Origin: Ignavibacteria bacterium
GTDB lineage: Bacteria; Bacteroidota; Ignavibacteria; Kapaibacteriales; UBA2268
DNA: 64,000 nucleotides
Reading direction: 5' to 3'
Assembly (NCBI GenBank): GCA_026416955.1
Contig: JAOAEE010000036.1
Span: 24,455 to 88,454, forward strand
In this document: positions 10,248-19,330 of the stretch, in pieces
Layout of the letters: every line of letters begins with the position of its first letter
Position numbering within the stretch: the first letter of the stretch is position 1
Position numbers and translations under genes: made by a program
Notes under the pieces: model-generated
The model's input: only the letters and a program-made list of their open reading frames with translations
Database searches by the model: none
Told to the model about the DNA's origin: nothing

Positions 10248-10517
10248 TTATCTAATTTCAAATTTACTAAATTCATTTTTAGGTTCGGAGTATTCAACCT
10301 CGACTTTTTGAACGAAAGCGTGCGATGGTCCAACCTTCAATTGCCTAAGCAACTCGTGGAGTTTTTCTTCTTCCCCTTCTGCAACAACAAGTACAGAACC
10401 GTCGTAAAGATTTTTTGCATATCCTTTCAAATTTAACGAACTTGCAATCCTATATACAAAATATCGATAACCAACACCTTGTACTATTCCGTAGACCTTG
10501 TATTCTGCTCTTTTCAT
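10248..10517 (-). CDS. acyP: Acylphosphatase
   Basis: YGIVQGVGYRYF...AKNLYDGSVLVVAEG. The ATG at 10517 has a GGAG 10 nt upstream and is preferred over the TTG at 10532. Confidence 0.85.
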   Translation of the reverse strand: MKRAEYKVYGIVQGVGYRYFVYRIASSLNLKGYAKNLYDGSVLVVAEGEEEKLHELLRQLKVGPSHAFVQKVEVEYSEPKNEFSKFEIR

Positions 10518-10522
10518 AATAG

Positions 10523-11083
10523 TTATCTCCAATAAACGATATCGCTTGCAATCTTATTAGAAAGTTCTTTATTTGCAAGAAGTTCAATAATTTTCAAGGC
10601 AAATGGTATGGAAGTTCCTGCCCCACGGCTTGTAACAATTTTACCCGAGACAACAACTTCTTCTTCTCGATAGTTATATTTTAGTAACTTATCCTTAACC
10701 AAAGGGTGGCTTGTTATCGTATCTGCATTTGATAGAATATTGAAACTATCCAAAACCAAAGGTCCAGCACAAATTGCAGAAATCCATTGGTTCTTATCTT
10801 TTTGGTTTTGAAGAAAGGTTCCAACTAATTGGGTATTGATTAAGTTTTCAACTCCTTTTGCACCACCGGGAATATATATTAAGTCGAAGTTTTCTTCTAA
10901 AGGAATTTGGGCTAAAAGTCTATCGGGGATAACTTTTAAGCCACGAGCGAATGTAATCGTTTGCTTATTCCCAGCGACAACAACTTCGAAATTTGCACGC
11001 CGAAATAAATCGATTGGAACAGTTGCTTCGATATCTTCCGTGCCATCTGCAATTATTACAAGTACTTTTATTTGCTTTTCCAT
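10523..11083 (-). CDS. DJ-1/PfpI (ThiJ/YajL) family protein
   Basis: 186 aa. Nucleophile-elbow motif AICAGP. Flavodoxin-like N-terminus KVLVIIADGTEDIE. Confidence 0.85.
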   Translation of the reverse strand: MEKQIKVLVIIADGTEDIEATVPIDLFRRANFEVVVAGNKQTITFARGLKVIPDRLLAQIPLEENFDLIYIPGGAKGVENLINTQLVGTFLQNQKDKNQWISAICAGPLVLDSFNILSNADTITSHPLVKDKLLKYNYREEEVVVSGKIVTSRGAGTSIPFALKIIELLANKELSNKIASDIVYWR

Positions 11084-11084
11084 A

Positions 11085-13067
11085 TTAGTTGAAAGCCTTT
11101 TTTAGGAATGAAACAAATTCTTCGACATCACGAGTAAAAGCACTTGTTGCTATTACTTTTTCATCTGGAGTTTGGATTACATACAAAGGTAATTCAATAG
11201 AATTGAACCGACGCATTTGAAGTTCTTTATTCGAAATGTAGGGTTCTTGTTTGCGGTCGGTAAATAATCGAACTTTTACCATATCATCGAGTAATGTTTT
11301 TACTTCTTGTTTGGTAAACATATTCAATTCCATCCAACGGCAGTTTGTACAAGTAAAGCCGCTAAAATCGATAAACATTGGTTTTCCAGTTCGTCTTGCG
11401 AGTTCCAATGCTTGATTGTAATCGTGCAGCCAATCTTCGCTCTCGGCCTTTGTTGGGACATTTTTGTTTTCCAACGATTTTTCAAGATTATTGCTTGGTT
11501 GGTTTGAAATGATTTGTTCATAATCTGGTGGTGGTAAAAAAGCGTCCAATTCCCCAAGTTTTTTCCCAAAGAGACCACTCATTAAGTAGAAACTAATCGA
11601 AATGAAGAAAGTTGCGAAAAGAATTCGCATTGTTCCAACATTTTCGATAGGGGAGTCGTGGGGTAATCGAAACAAACCAAGAATGTAGAATGTTATCAAA
11701 ATTCCAACCCCAATCCAAATTCCCAAGAAAAGTTCTCTTGGCATAATTCCAAGACCCCAAACAAGGTCGGCATTACTAATGAATTTAATTGCAGCGGCAA
11801 TTTCGAGAAATCCCATTACAACTTTTATGTTGTTCATCCAAGCCCCACTTCTTGGCATTTTCGATATCGCCGAAGGGAACAAAGCCAAGAAAAAGAATGG
11901 CAAAGCAAATACGAATGAAAAACCAAGCATTCCAACTATTGGATAGAACCATTCCCCACCTGCAGCAGAAACAAGAGCTACACCTACAAAAGGAACTGTA
12001 CAAGTGAAGGATGTTAAAGAAAATGTCAGCCCCATTAACATAACGCTAAATATTCCGGTACCTTGGCTTTTCACATTTAGTGCATTAAGCCAAGAAGTAG
12101 GAAGTTGAAATTCAAAAGCACCAAAGAGGTTTAAAGCAAATACAACAAAGATTAATGCTATGGCAAGATTCAACCAAGGATTTGTGGCAAAGTTTTGTAT
12201 ACCCGAGGCACCAAATAACAGTGCAAGAATGAAACCCAGAGCAGTGAATGTCAATATGATACCAAGACCGTAGACTATCGAGTCGCGTAAACCTTTTCCG
12301 GGGTTCTTTTCGGCTCTTTTAGTGAAAAAAGAAACTGTAATCGGTACCATAGGAAAAACACAAGGTGTTAACAAAGCCAAAGCCCCAGCACCCATCGCAA
12401 AAAGAAGATAGGCGAAAAGACCACGCTTTTTTGCAGTTTCGATTTCCTTGCTTGTGTCTGTCTTTGTTCCGATACTTTCCTTTTTTTGTTCAAGTTTTTG
12501 TTCATTTGCAATGGCACCGGGTGATTGTTCAATTGTTCTATCGTCATTAATCAGTGCTTCCTTTGTAGCGGGAATATTGTCGGCAACGACTAAGGTTTTA
12601 AAGTCCATTCCCGGAAGGCAAAGATTGTCTTTGCATTGCTGAAGGTATACTTCTGCGAAAAGTTTGTCTTTAGCAAAGTCGATTTCTTTTAACGCTACAA
12701 CAGGAACTTCGAAAGAGAATTTGCCACTAAAGGTTCGAATATCAATGTAGAAAGCACTGTCGTATTTTATTTTGGGCTTGGGGGTTTTTATTTTGCCGCT
12801 GATTTTAACAAAGTCTTTGGGTTTGAAAGAAATTTCGGTCTTTTGCGGTCCCAAACCCTCGGGACCAATTTGCTCGATAATGTCATAGGTGTACCATCCT
12901 TTTTCAAATTCGAAGCTTAGAAGGATGGTGAACTTTTCCCCAACATTTACTTTAGGAACAGAAACTTTAGCAGACCAATTAAAATGTTGGTTTTTATCTT
13001 TATTAAAAAGTACAAAGTTCGAAAATAAAAGAGAAATAATTACCAAAAGAAAGAGTTTTTTTCCCAT
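11085..13067 (-). CDS. dsbD: Thiol:disulfide interchange protein DsbD (N-terminal domain, CcdA-like TM core and C-terminal thioredoxin)
   Basis: N-domain CKDNLCLP, TM core PCVFPMVP, C-terminal thioredoxin FTCTNCRWME. The ATG at 13067 (MGKKLF signal) is preferred over the TTG at 13088. Confidence 0.85.
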   Translation of the reverse strand: MGKKLFLLVIISLLFSNFVLFNKDKNQHFNWSAKVSVPKVNVGEKFTILLSFEFEKGWYTYDIIEQIGPEGLGPQKTEISFKPKDFVKISGKIKTPKPKIKYDSAFYIDIRTFSGKFSFEVPVVALKEIDFAKDKLFAEVYLQQCKDNLCLPGMDFKTLVVADNIPATKEALINDDRTIEQSPGAIANEQKLEQKKESIGTKTDTSKEIETAKKRGLFAYLLFAMGAGALALLTPCVFPMVPITVSFFTKRAEKNPGKGLRDSIVYGLGIILTFTALGFILALLFGASGIQNFATNPWLNLAIALIFVVFALNLFGAFEFQLPTSWLNALNVKSQGTGIFSVMLMGLTFSLTSFTCTVPFVGVALVSAAGGEWFYPIVGMLGFSFVFALPFFFLALFPSAISKMPRSGAWMNNIKVVMGFLEIAAAIKFISNADLVWGLGIMPRELFLGIWIGVGILITFYILGLFRLPHDSPIENVGTMRILFATFFISISFYLMSGLFGKKLGELDAFLPPPDYEQIISNQPSNNLEKSLENKNVPTKAESEDWLHDYNQALELARRTGKPMFIDFSGFTCTNCRWMELNMFTKQEVKTLLDDMVKVRLFTDRKQEPYISNKELQMRRFNSIELPLYVIQTPDEKVIATSAFTRDVEEFVSFLKKAFN

Positions 13068-13325
13068 CGATTTACCATTAAAAATCAAATTAATAGTAAC
13101 GAAAGGTTATGATAAAAATTTTTTTATAATTTGTGGGCATAATAAAGTCATTAATATCTGAGATTTGGATAAATGATTTTGCAAAAAAGGCAATATTCTT
13201 ATACTTTCTTTGTATTAAAAGAAGATAAAAAATCGAAACAGAAATTATCTCCACTATTTTTTTATAGTTTTGTTATTATTTTGGTTTTGATTAATTTTGT
13301 AGTTCTTTTTGTTTTAGAAACTTAA

Positions 13326-14666
13326 ATGTTCGAAAGTCTACAAGAAAAACTTGAACTTGCGTTAAAGCGGCTTAAGGGGCAAGCTGTCATAACCGAAAGC
13401 AACATTGAAGATGCTGTTCGGGAGATACGGCGCGCTTTAATAGAAGCAGATGTGAATTTCAATGTTGCCAAGAAGTTTGTCGAGGATGTTAAGCAAAAGG
13501 CTCTTGGAACGCAAGTCAAAGGGAAACTTCTTCCCGAACAAGTAATTGTTAAAATTGTTTACGATGAACTTGTTGAAGTTCTTGGGAAAAAACTTTCGGA
13601 TATTGTTTTCTCGCCTACACCACCTACAAAGATTCTTGTTGCTGGGTTACAAGGTTCCGGAAAAACTACTTTTTGTGCAAAGTTGGGAAAGAGTTTGAAG
13701 AAGAAGGGCCGCCAGCCTTTGCTTGTTGCTTGCGATACACGACGTCCTGCCGCAATTGAGCAATTGAAGCAACTTGGTCAGCAAGCAAACATACCAGTGT
13801 TTTCTATTGCTGGCGAAACAAATTCCTTGAAAATTGCCGAAGAAGCCCTTGTATATGCAAAGAAGTTCTCTCGCGATGTTGTGATTTTTGATACCGCTGG
13901 GCGAACCACTATCGACCAAGAAATGATGGACGAGGTCGAGAAATTGGCTAAACTTGTAAACCCAACCGAAACTCTTTTTGTTTGCGATGCAATGATTGGA
14001 CAAGACGCTGTCACTACTGCAAAAGCTTTCGACGAGAGACTACCTCTTACTGGAATTGTATTGACAAAATTGGATGGCGACACTCGTGGTGGTGCGGCAC
14101 TTTCTGTTCTTTCGGTAACTGGAAAACCGATTAAATTTATTAGCACAGGTGAAAAACTCGAGGCAATTGAACCATTCCATCCAGAACGGATTGCTTCTCG
14201 AATACTTGGAATGGGCGATATTATTACTCTTGTCGAAAAAGCAGAACAAGAATTCGACGAGAAGCAAGCCCAAAAGTTAGAAGAAAAGCTTCGGAAAAAT
14301 CAATTTACTTTCGAAGATTTCCTCGAGCAATTACGCTTGATAAAGAAAATGGGTTCGGTTCGCGAATTACTTGGCTTTCTACCCGGAATGGACAAAGCAT
14401 TGAAAAACGTAAACATAGATGAAAAACAGTTCTCGAGGGTGGAAGCAATTATTTTGTCTATGACAAAAGAAGAAAGGCAAAATCCAAAAATTTTGAATGG
14501 TTCCAGACGCAAGAGAATAGCAATGGGAAGTGGGACAACTATTCAAGATGTTAATCGTTTAATTAAACAATTCGAAGATATGACTAAATTGATGAAAACG
14601 ATATCGCGAGGAGGTAGAAATAAATTTTTACGAAATTTCAACTTACCTCCAGGTTTTGGAATGTAA
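13326..14666 (+). CDS. ffh: Signal recognition particle protein Ffh
   Basis: GLQGSGKTT, DTAGR and TKLDGD GTPase boxes. M-domain RILGMGD. Confidence 0.97.
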   Translation: MFESLQEKLELALKRLKGQAVITESNIEDAVREIRRALIEADVNFNVAKKFVEDVKQKALGTQVKGKLLPEQVIVKIVYDELVEVLGKKLSDIVFSPTPPTKILVAGLQGSGKTTFCAKLGKSLKKKGRQPLLVACDTRRPAAIEQLKQLGQQANIPVFSIAGETNSLKIAEEALVYAKKFSRDVVIFDTAGRTTIDQEMMDEVEKLAKLVNPTETLFVCDAMIGQDAVTTAKAFDERLPLTGIVLTKLDGDTRGGAALSVLSVTGKPIKFISTGEKLEAIEPFHPERIASRILGMGDIITLVEKAEQEFDEKQAQKLEEKLRKNQFTFEDFLEQLRLIKKMGSVRELLGFLPGMDKALKNVNIDEKQFSRVEAIILSMTKEERQNPKILNGSRRKRIAMGSGTTIQDVNRLIKQFEDMTKLMKTISRGGRNKFLRNFNLPPGFGM

Positions 14667-14692
14667 TTTTAATAACATAAAAAAGGGTTTGT

Positions 14693-15097
14693 ATGGTAAA
14701 GATAAGATTAAGAAGAAAAGGCAAGAAACACTATCCAGTCTACGATGTTGTAGTTGTAGATGCCCGGGTTAAAAGGGATGGGAAGTATATTGAGCGATTG
14801 GGTTACTACAATCCGAACACTCAACCTTCAACGATACAAATAAATCCCGACCGAGCAATTTACTGGCTCAATCAAGGTGCCCAACCAACCGATGTTGTTC
14901 GAAACTTGCTTTCCTACGAAGGCATTCTTTTGAAACGACATTTACAATTCAAAGGGAAAACACCCGAAGAAATTGAAGAAATATTGAAGAAGCACAAAGA
15001 AATTGTTCTTGCTCGCTACTGGCGTCGAAAAGAGTTACGTAAGAAACGAGAAGAGGCAAAGAAAAAAGCCCAAGAGAAAGCAGAGCAAGAAGCCTAA
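14693..15097 (+). CDS. rpsP: 30S ribosomal protein S16 with a K/E-rich C-terminal extension
   Basis: MVKIRLRRKGKKHYPVYDVVVVDARVKRDGKYIERLGYYNP. Confidence 0.95.
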   Translation: MVKIRLRRKGKKHYPVYDVVVVDARVKRDGKYIERLGYYNPNTQPSTIQINPDRAIYWLNQGAQPTDVVRNLLSYEGILLKRHLQFKGKTPEEIEEILKKHKEIVLARYWRRKELRKKREEAKKKAQEKAEQEA

Positions 15098-15217
15098 CAG
15101 TCCGTAGATTTTGTCGAAATAATATCTAATTTTTTAAAAAAAAATTAAGACTATCTAACTTTTTTTGTAACTTATCCTAATTTTGTTTGTTATTTCCCAT
15201 TTAGGAGAACTCAAATT

Positions 15218-15631
15218 ATGGACAGAAAAGAGTTTATTAAAATTACTGCATTTGGATTGGGCACTTTATTCGTATTTCAAAACTTTGTTGGGTGCAATAG
15301 TAATTCCACTCAAGCTCCCGCTAATGTTGATTTTACGATTGATATGAACAATCCAGAATTTTCTGTTTTAAAGGAAATAGGCGGGTACGTTGTTGTGAAT
15401 AATATACTTGTATTCCGGGATGCAAATGGGAATTATGGTGCTGTAAGCAGTAAATGTACCCACGAGCAAACAACATTGGAATTCAACTTGCAGAAAGATA
15501 AAATAATTTGCCCAAAACATAATTCAGCTTTTGCGAAAAATGGTCAAGTTCTTGCCGGTCCCGCCCGCAAAAATCTGATTGCCTACAATGTTGAGGTCAA
15601 TGGTAATGTTATTCGGATATTTTCCAAATAG
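15218..15631 (+). CDS. Rieske [2Fe-2S] domain protein, exported (Tat-like RK signal, possible lipoprotein)
   Basis: Cluster ligands CTH-x15-CPKH. N-terminus DRKEFIKITAFGLGTLF...VGC. SD AGGAG upstream. Confidence 0.8.
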   Translation: MDRKEFIKITAFGLGTLFVFQNFVGCNSNSTQAPANVDFTIDMNNPEFSVLKEIGGYVVVNNILVFRDANGNYGAVSSKCTHEQTTLEFNLQKDKIICPKHNSAFAKNGQVLAGPARKNLIAYNVEVNGNVIRIFSK

Positions 15632-16472
15632 CAAAATTTTTTCGTTTGTGTTTTTCTTATCAAGTTGTTTGTTTTATTCAGTTGTGTATGGGAAGTTTCA
15701 AAACTTTGCACAATCGGATTTTGTTATTGCTACAAAACTAAATTGCAACGATTACAATTCATTGGAGTATATTAAAAAAGACGATTTCATTAACAATGTT
15801 AATTTATTTTCACTTCGAGACAATTTATTATCGGTCGAGCAAGATTTTTTAGTTAACAAAAGCTTTCAGTCCGAAATAAACACCTCTGTTGGTTTTCTAA
15901 GTAGTGATACAAATACATTGCAGTTCGATGATATTGACACTGAAATCGAACTTCTCCCAAGTCGAATGAGTTTTGTAGAGCAATTCTTGTGGTCGAAAAA
16001 CGGCTTTTTAAGAAAAATTGGAATTACATCTAATTTAACTCCAATCCAGCGCGAAAAAGAACTTGGCTGGAGAAGAAATATGTTGACTGTCCATCAAACA
16101 TTAGGGTTGGTTTCTTGGAGTTTGATGGCTGGAACAGTTATTACTGGGCAACTTTGGCTCGATGGGTCAATGGATTCGCCAGATTGGCACAGAAGATTTT
16201 TATATTCCACGATTGCAACATATTCGTTGGCTGCGATTATTTCTGTGTTTACCCCTCCACCTTTAAAAAGAGAAAAAGAATTCTCGTCGATTACTGCACA
16301 TAAACTACTAGCTTGGGTTCATTTTATTGGTATGATAGCAACACCTATTCTTGGTAAAGCGATTTCCTCCAGTTCCGATTACTACAAAGCCGCAAGAATT
16401 CATCAAAAAATTGGGTATGTTACTTTTTCTACTTATACTATTTCGATGTTGACGATTTTGCTATTTCGATAA
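15579..16472 (+). CDS. Membrane protein with a His-rich 4-TM C-terminal half (possible b-type cytochrome). Start uncertain.
   Basis: The ORF overlaps the Rieske stop by 53 nt; the in-frame ATGs at 15600 and 15606 still overlap the Rieske gene and only the GTG at 15648 would clear it. Four predicted TM helices carry His: VHQTLGLV, AHKLLAWVHFIG, IHQKIGYV. Confidence 0.55.
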   Translation: MPTMLRSMVMLFGYFPNSKIFSFVFFLSSCLFYSVVYGKFQNFAQSDFVIATKLNCNDYNSLEYIKKDDFINNVNLFSLRDNLLSVEQDFLVNKSFQSEINTSVGFLSSDTNTLQFDDIDTEIELLPSRMSFVEQFLWSKNGFLRKIGITSNLTPIQREKELGWRRNMLTVHQTLGLVSWSLMAGTVITGQLWLDGSMDSPDWHRRFLYSTIATYSLAAIISVFTPPPLKREKEFSSITAHKLLAWVHFIGMIATPILGKAISSSSDYYKAARIHQKIGYVTFSTYTISMLTILLFR

Positions 16473-16484
16473 TTATGGTTAATA

Positions 16485-17030
16485 ATGAGAACTTTTTGTA
16501 TAATTTTTGGGTTCTGTTTGTTTGTTCTTGTAAGTTATAGTCAAACGCTTGTTATTAACAGTGTTAGCGGGAAGAGTGTAATTTCGTACGAACTTCGCCA
16601 TCCAGCACACGATGTTGTTGGAATAAGCAGAGATTTGCAAATTAAAATCGAATACGATAAGAACAAGAACCAAATTCTAAACGCTATTGCACAAGTTAAG
16701 GTTACAACTTTCAATAGTGGGAATTCGAACCGAGACTCGCACGCTATGGAACTTATCGAAGCAATTAAATATCCTTTTGCAAAATTTCGTAGCACAAAAA
16801 TTGTCGATTACGGCGATTCACTGACAATTTATGGCGATTTAACTTTTCATAATGTTACAAAAAATATTACAATAAAAGCGAAAAAAGTTATTAATCAAAA
16901 TAAAATTTTTATAAAAGGGAACTTTGCTATTAGTTTAGACCAATTTAATGTTGAACGACCTAAACTTTTGTTTGTTCCATCCGAAGAATACCTTCGATTT
17001 GAATTTAGTTGTGAATTTATTATTAATTGA
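16485..17030 (+). CDS. YceI-like domain protein (periplasmic, polyisoprenoid-binding family)
   Basis: Signal peptide. FNSGNSNRDSHAMELIE and LTFHNVTKNI are typical of YceI. Confidence 0.85.
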   Translation: MRTFCIIFGFCLFVLVSYSQTLVINSVSGKSVISYELRHPAHDVVGISRDLQIKIEYDKNKNQILNAIAQVKVTTFNSGNSNRDSHAMELIEAIKYPFAKFRSTKIVDYGDSLTIYGDLTFHNVTKNITIKAKKVINQNKIFIKGNFAISLDQFNVERPKLLFVPSEEYLRFEFSCEFIIN

Positions 17031-17038
17031 GGAAAGGA

Positions 17039-17857
17039 ATGATAGTAAAGAGCATTCGTATAATTGCTTGGGTAGTAGTGGTTTTGTTTTTCGCCTTTCA
17101 AAGCGAAACAGAAGCAAAGCGGAATGGAATTGTAAACCGCACTAATACAAACTCAAGAAGTTGCGGGGAATGTCATTCAGCGAACCCAAATCCTAATGTA
17201 GTCGTAAAGATTACTTCTGAAAAAGGAACTTTTCAAACAACACCAAATGAAATAGTTAAATTTATTCTTACCGTTCAAAGCCAAAGCGGCTCGACTGCTG
17301 GTTGCAATATTGCTGTAAAAACACAACAAAATGGAAATGTGTCTGCTGGTCGTTTAGAACCCTATGCCAATAGTGGTTTAATTCTTAGTCAAAGGGAATT
17401 AACACACCAACAACCCAAACCTATTACCAATGGTACTGTATCGTTCGAGTTTCTTTGGCAAGCCCCAGAAACTCCCGGGACGTACTTTTTGCAAGCAGTT
17501 GCATTGGCTTCCAACAATAATAATAGAGAAGATGCCAACGATATTTGGAATTTTGCACCAGTGCAAGCAATTGAAGTTGTTTCTCCAAGTTCGGTCGAGG
17601 ATTGTAATGTCGACGATATCTTTACTATTCCCAATCCTTACACCTCCAATTCTGTTGTGAAAATCAATTACAATGAAAAGTTTAATAAAATAAATAGTAT
17701 TACTTTGTTTTTATTGAACAGTGGTAGGTTCGTTCAAATTTCTCCTAACTTGGATGAATTAGTAACTACTCTAAGGGGACTTCCACAAGGAATTTACTTT
17801 TTATCGTATTCAATAGAAGGAAAGACATTTAATCGAAGCTTTGTTAAGTTGGATTAA
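17039..17857 (+). CDS. Secreted protein with a single CXXCH motif and a T9SS-type C-terminal sorting domain
   Basis: ATG at 17039 after a GAGGAAAGG SD. Signal peptide. CGECH near the mature N-terminus. CTD: FTIPNPYTSNSVVKINY...GIYFLSYSIEGKTFNRSFVKLD. Confidence 0.65.
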   Translation: MIVKSIRIIAWVVVVLFFAFQSETEAKRNGIVNRTNTNSRSCGECHSANPNPNVVVKITSEKGTFQTTPNEIVKFILTVQSQSGSTAGCNIAVKTQQNGNVSAGRLEPYANSGLILSQRELTHQQPKPITNGTVSFEFLWQAPETPGTYFLQAVALASNNNNREDANDIWNFAPVQAIEVVSPSSVEDCNVDDIFTIPNPYTSNSVVKINYNEKFNKINSITLFLLNSGRFVQISPNLDELVTTLRGLPQGIYFLSYSIEGKTFNRSFVKLD

Positions 17858-17968
17858 TTAACATAATTATCCAAGGGAACTTAATTTAACACAGAAAAAA
17901 TAATTCCGACTTATTTAAGAAATCTAGGCCTAATAATTCACCTATTCATTTTTCGTAATTTTGCTTTT

Positions 17969-19330
17969 ATGAAACTTATTAAACTATACATATTGCGTTT
18001 TCACATAGGTCCATTTCTTTTTGGAACTCTTTTGGTAGTTTTTTTATTTCTTTTTCAACTATTGATGCGCGATTTGGATAAATTGGTTGGTAAAGGGCTT
18101 AGTATTTGGGTTATTGTTCATTTAATTACTTTGAATCTTGCTTGGATGGTTGTATTAGCAATTCCAATGGGGGTTCTTTTTTCGACCCTTACGACCTTTG
18201 GCAATCTTTCTTCTACATTCGAAATAACCGCTATGAAATCTGGTGGTGCAAGTTTTTTTCAATTAATTTCTCCGGTGATTATTATTTCACTCTTGCTTTT
18301 TGCTTTTTTGGTTTGGTTCAACGACCGTGTCCTTCCCGAAGCGAACCATCAAGCGAAAATTATGTTGTTCGATATAAATCGCAAGAAGCCTACTTTTTCG
18401 CTCGAATCTGGGCAATTTTCAACACAAATTGAAAATTACACAATTTTAGCGCGCAAGGTCGATTCTGCTTCGAATGGCTTGAGTGGAATTACTATCTACG
18501 ACCTATCGAACTCACGGCAAACTAATACTATTTCGGCCGACTCTGGTTATGTTGTTTTTATTCCACAGATAGAAAAACTTCGTTTTTTACTTTTCAATGG
18601 AGAGGTTCTTCAAGTTGTCCCTTTTGAGCCCAAAAATTATAAGAAAATTTATTTCAAAGAATTGGAACTTTTGCTCGAAGGAAAAGGTTTCACCCTTGAA
18701 CGAACCCCTGAAGGTTTGATATCTCGTAGCGACCGCGAAATGCGAATTAAAGATATGCAAAACATTGTCGACGAGTCGAAAAAGATTGTCGAAGAAAGCG
18801 AGGAAAGAATACGAAAATTGTTAACCACACCTCCTAAAATATTCAACAAAGCACAAGAAGAGAATAAACTCGATGGGGAAGCAATTTTTGAGCTTATCAA
18901 GAACGACTTTTCTTACCTAGAAAATCAAATTACCACAGAGATGTTTCGATTGGCCGACTACGACTCGCGTGCCCGGCAATATGAGGTCGAAATCCAAAAG
19001 AAATATGCAATTCCTTTTGCTTGTGTAATTTTTGCACTTGTTGGCTGCCCACTTGGTTTGATTTCGAGGCGTGGAAATTTTGGTGTGACTGCAGCAATTT
19101 CTTTGGGTTTCTACATCTTTTATTGGGCTTGCTTAATTGGTGGCGAAAAACTTGCCGACCGTGGCATTATTTCACCTTTTCTGAGTATGTGGTTGGGCAA
19201 TATTATTATCTTTTCGTTTAGTCTTGTGCTATTGGTTCGAGTTAATTACGAAAATTCTATCATTTTGACCAAGATAAATAACTTATTTTATTTCTTAACC
19301 AAATTTCATTGGAGGAAAAATGGCTTATAA
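17969..19330 (+). CDS. LptF/LptG-family LPS export permease (YjgP/YjgQ)
   Basis: N-terminus LYILRFHIGPFLFGTLLVVFLF. Three N-terminal TMs, a large periplasmic loop, then three C-terminal TMs. Confidence 0.85.
   Translation: MKLIKLYILRFHIGPFLFGTLLVVFLFLFQLLMRDLDKLVGKGLSIWVIVHLITLNLAWMVVLAIPMGVLFSTLTTFGNLSSTFEITAMKSGGASFFQLISPVIIISLLLFAFLVWFNDRVLPEANHQAKIMLFDINRKKPTFSLESGQFSTQIENYTILARKVDSASNGLSGITIYDLSNSRQTNTISADSGYVVFIPQIEKLRFLLFNGEVLQVVPFEPKNYKKIYFKELELLLEGKGFTLERTPEGLISRSDREMRIKDMQNIVDESKKIVEESEERIRKLLTTPPKIFNKAQEENKLDGEAIFELIKNDFSYLENQITTEMFRLADYDSRARQYEVEIQKKYAIPFACVIFALVGCPLGLISRRGNFGVTAAISLGFYIFYWACLIGGEKLADRGIISPFLSMWLGNIIIFSFSLVLLVRVNYENSIILTKINNLFYFLTKFHWRKNGL

Noticed and set aside
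13326-15097. ffh-rpsP not followed by rimM-trmD-rplS
   Set aside because: The operon is broken in many lineages. This is not unusual enough to report as a finding.
15579-15631. 53-nt overlap between the Rieske gene and the next ORF, considered as a possible frameshift or gene fusion
   Set aside because: The two reading frames differ and both proteins look complete. The in-frame ATGs (15600, 15606) shorten the overlap and the GTG at 15648 removes it, so this is most simply a start-codon overcall.
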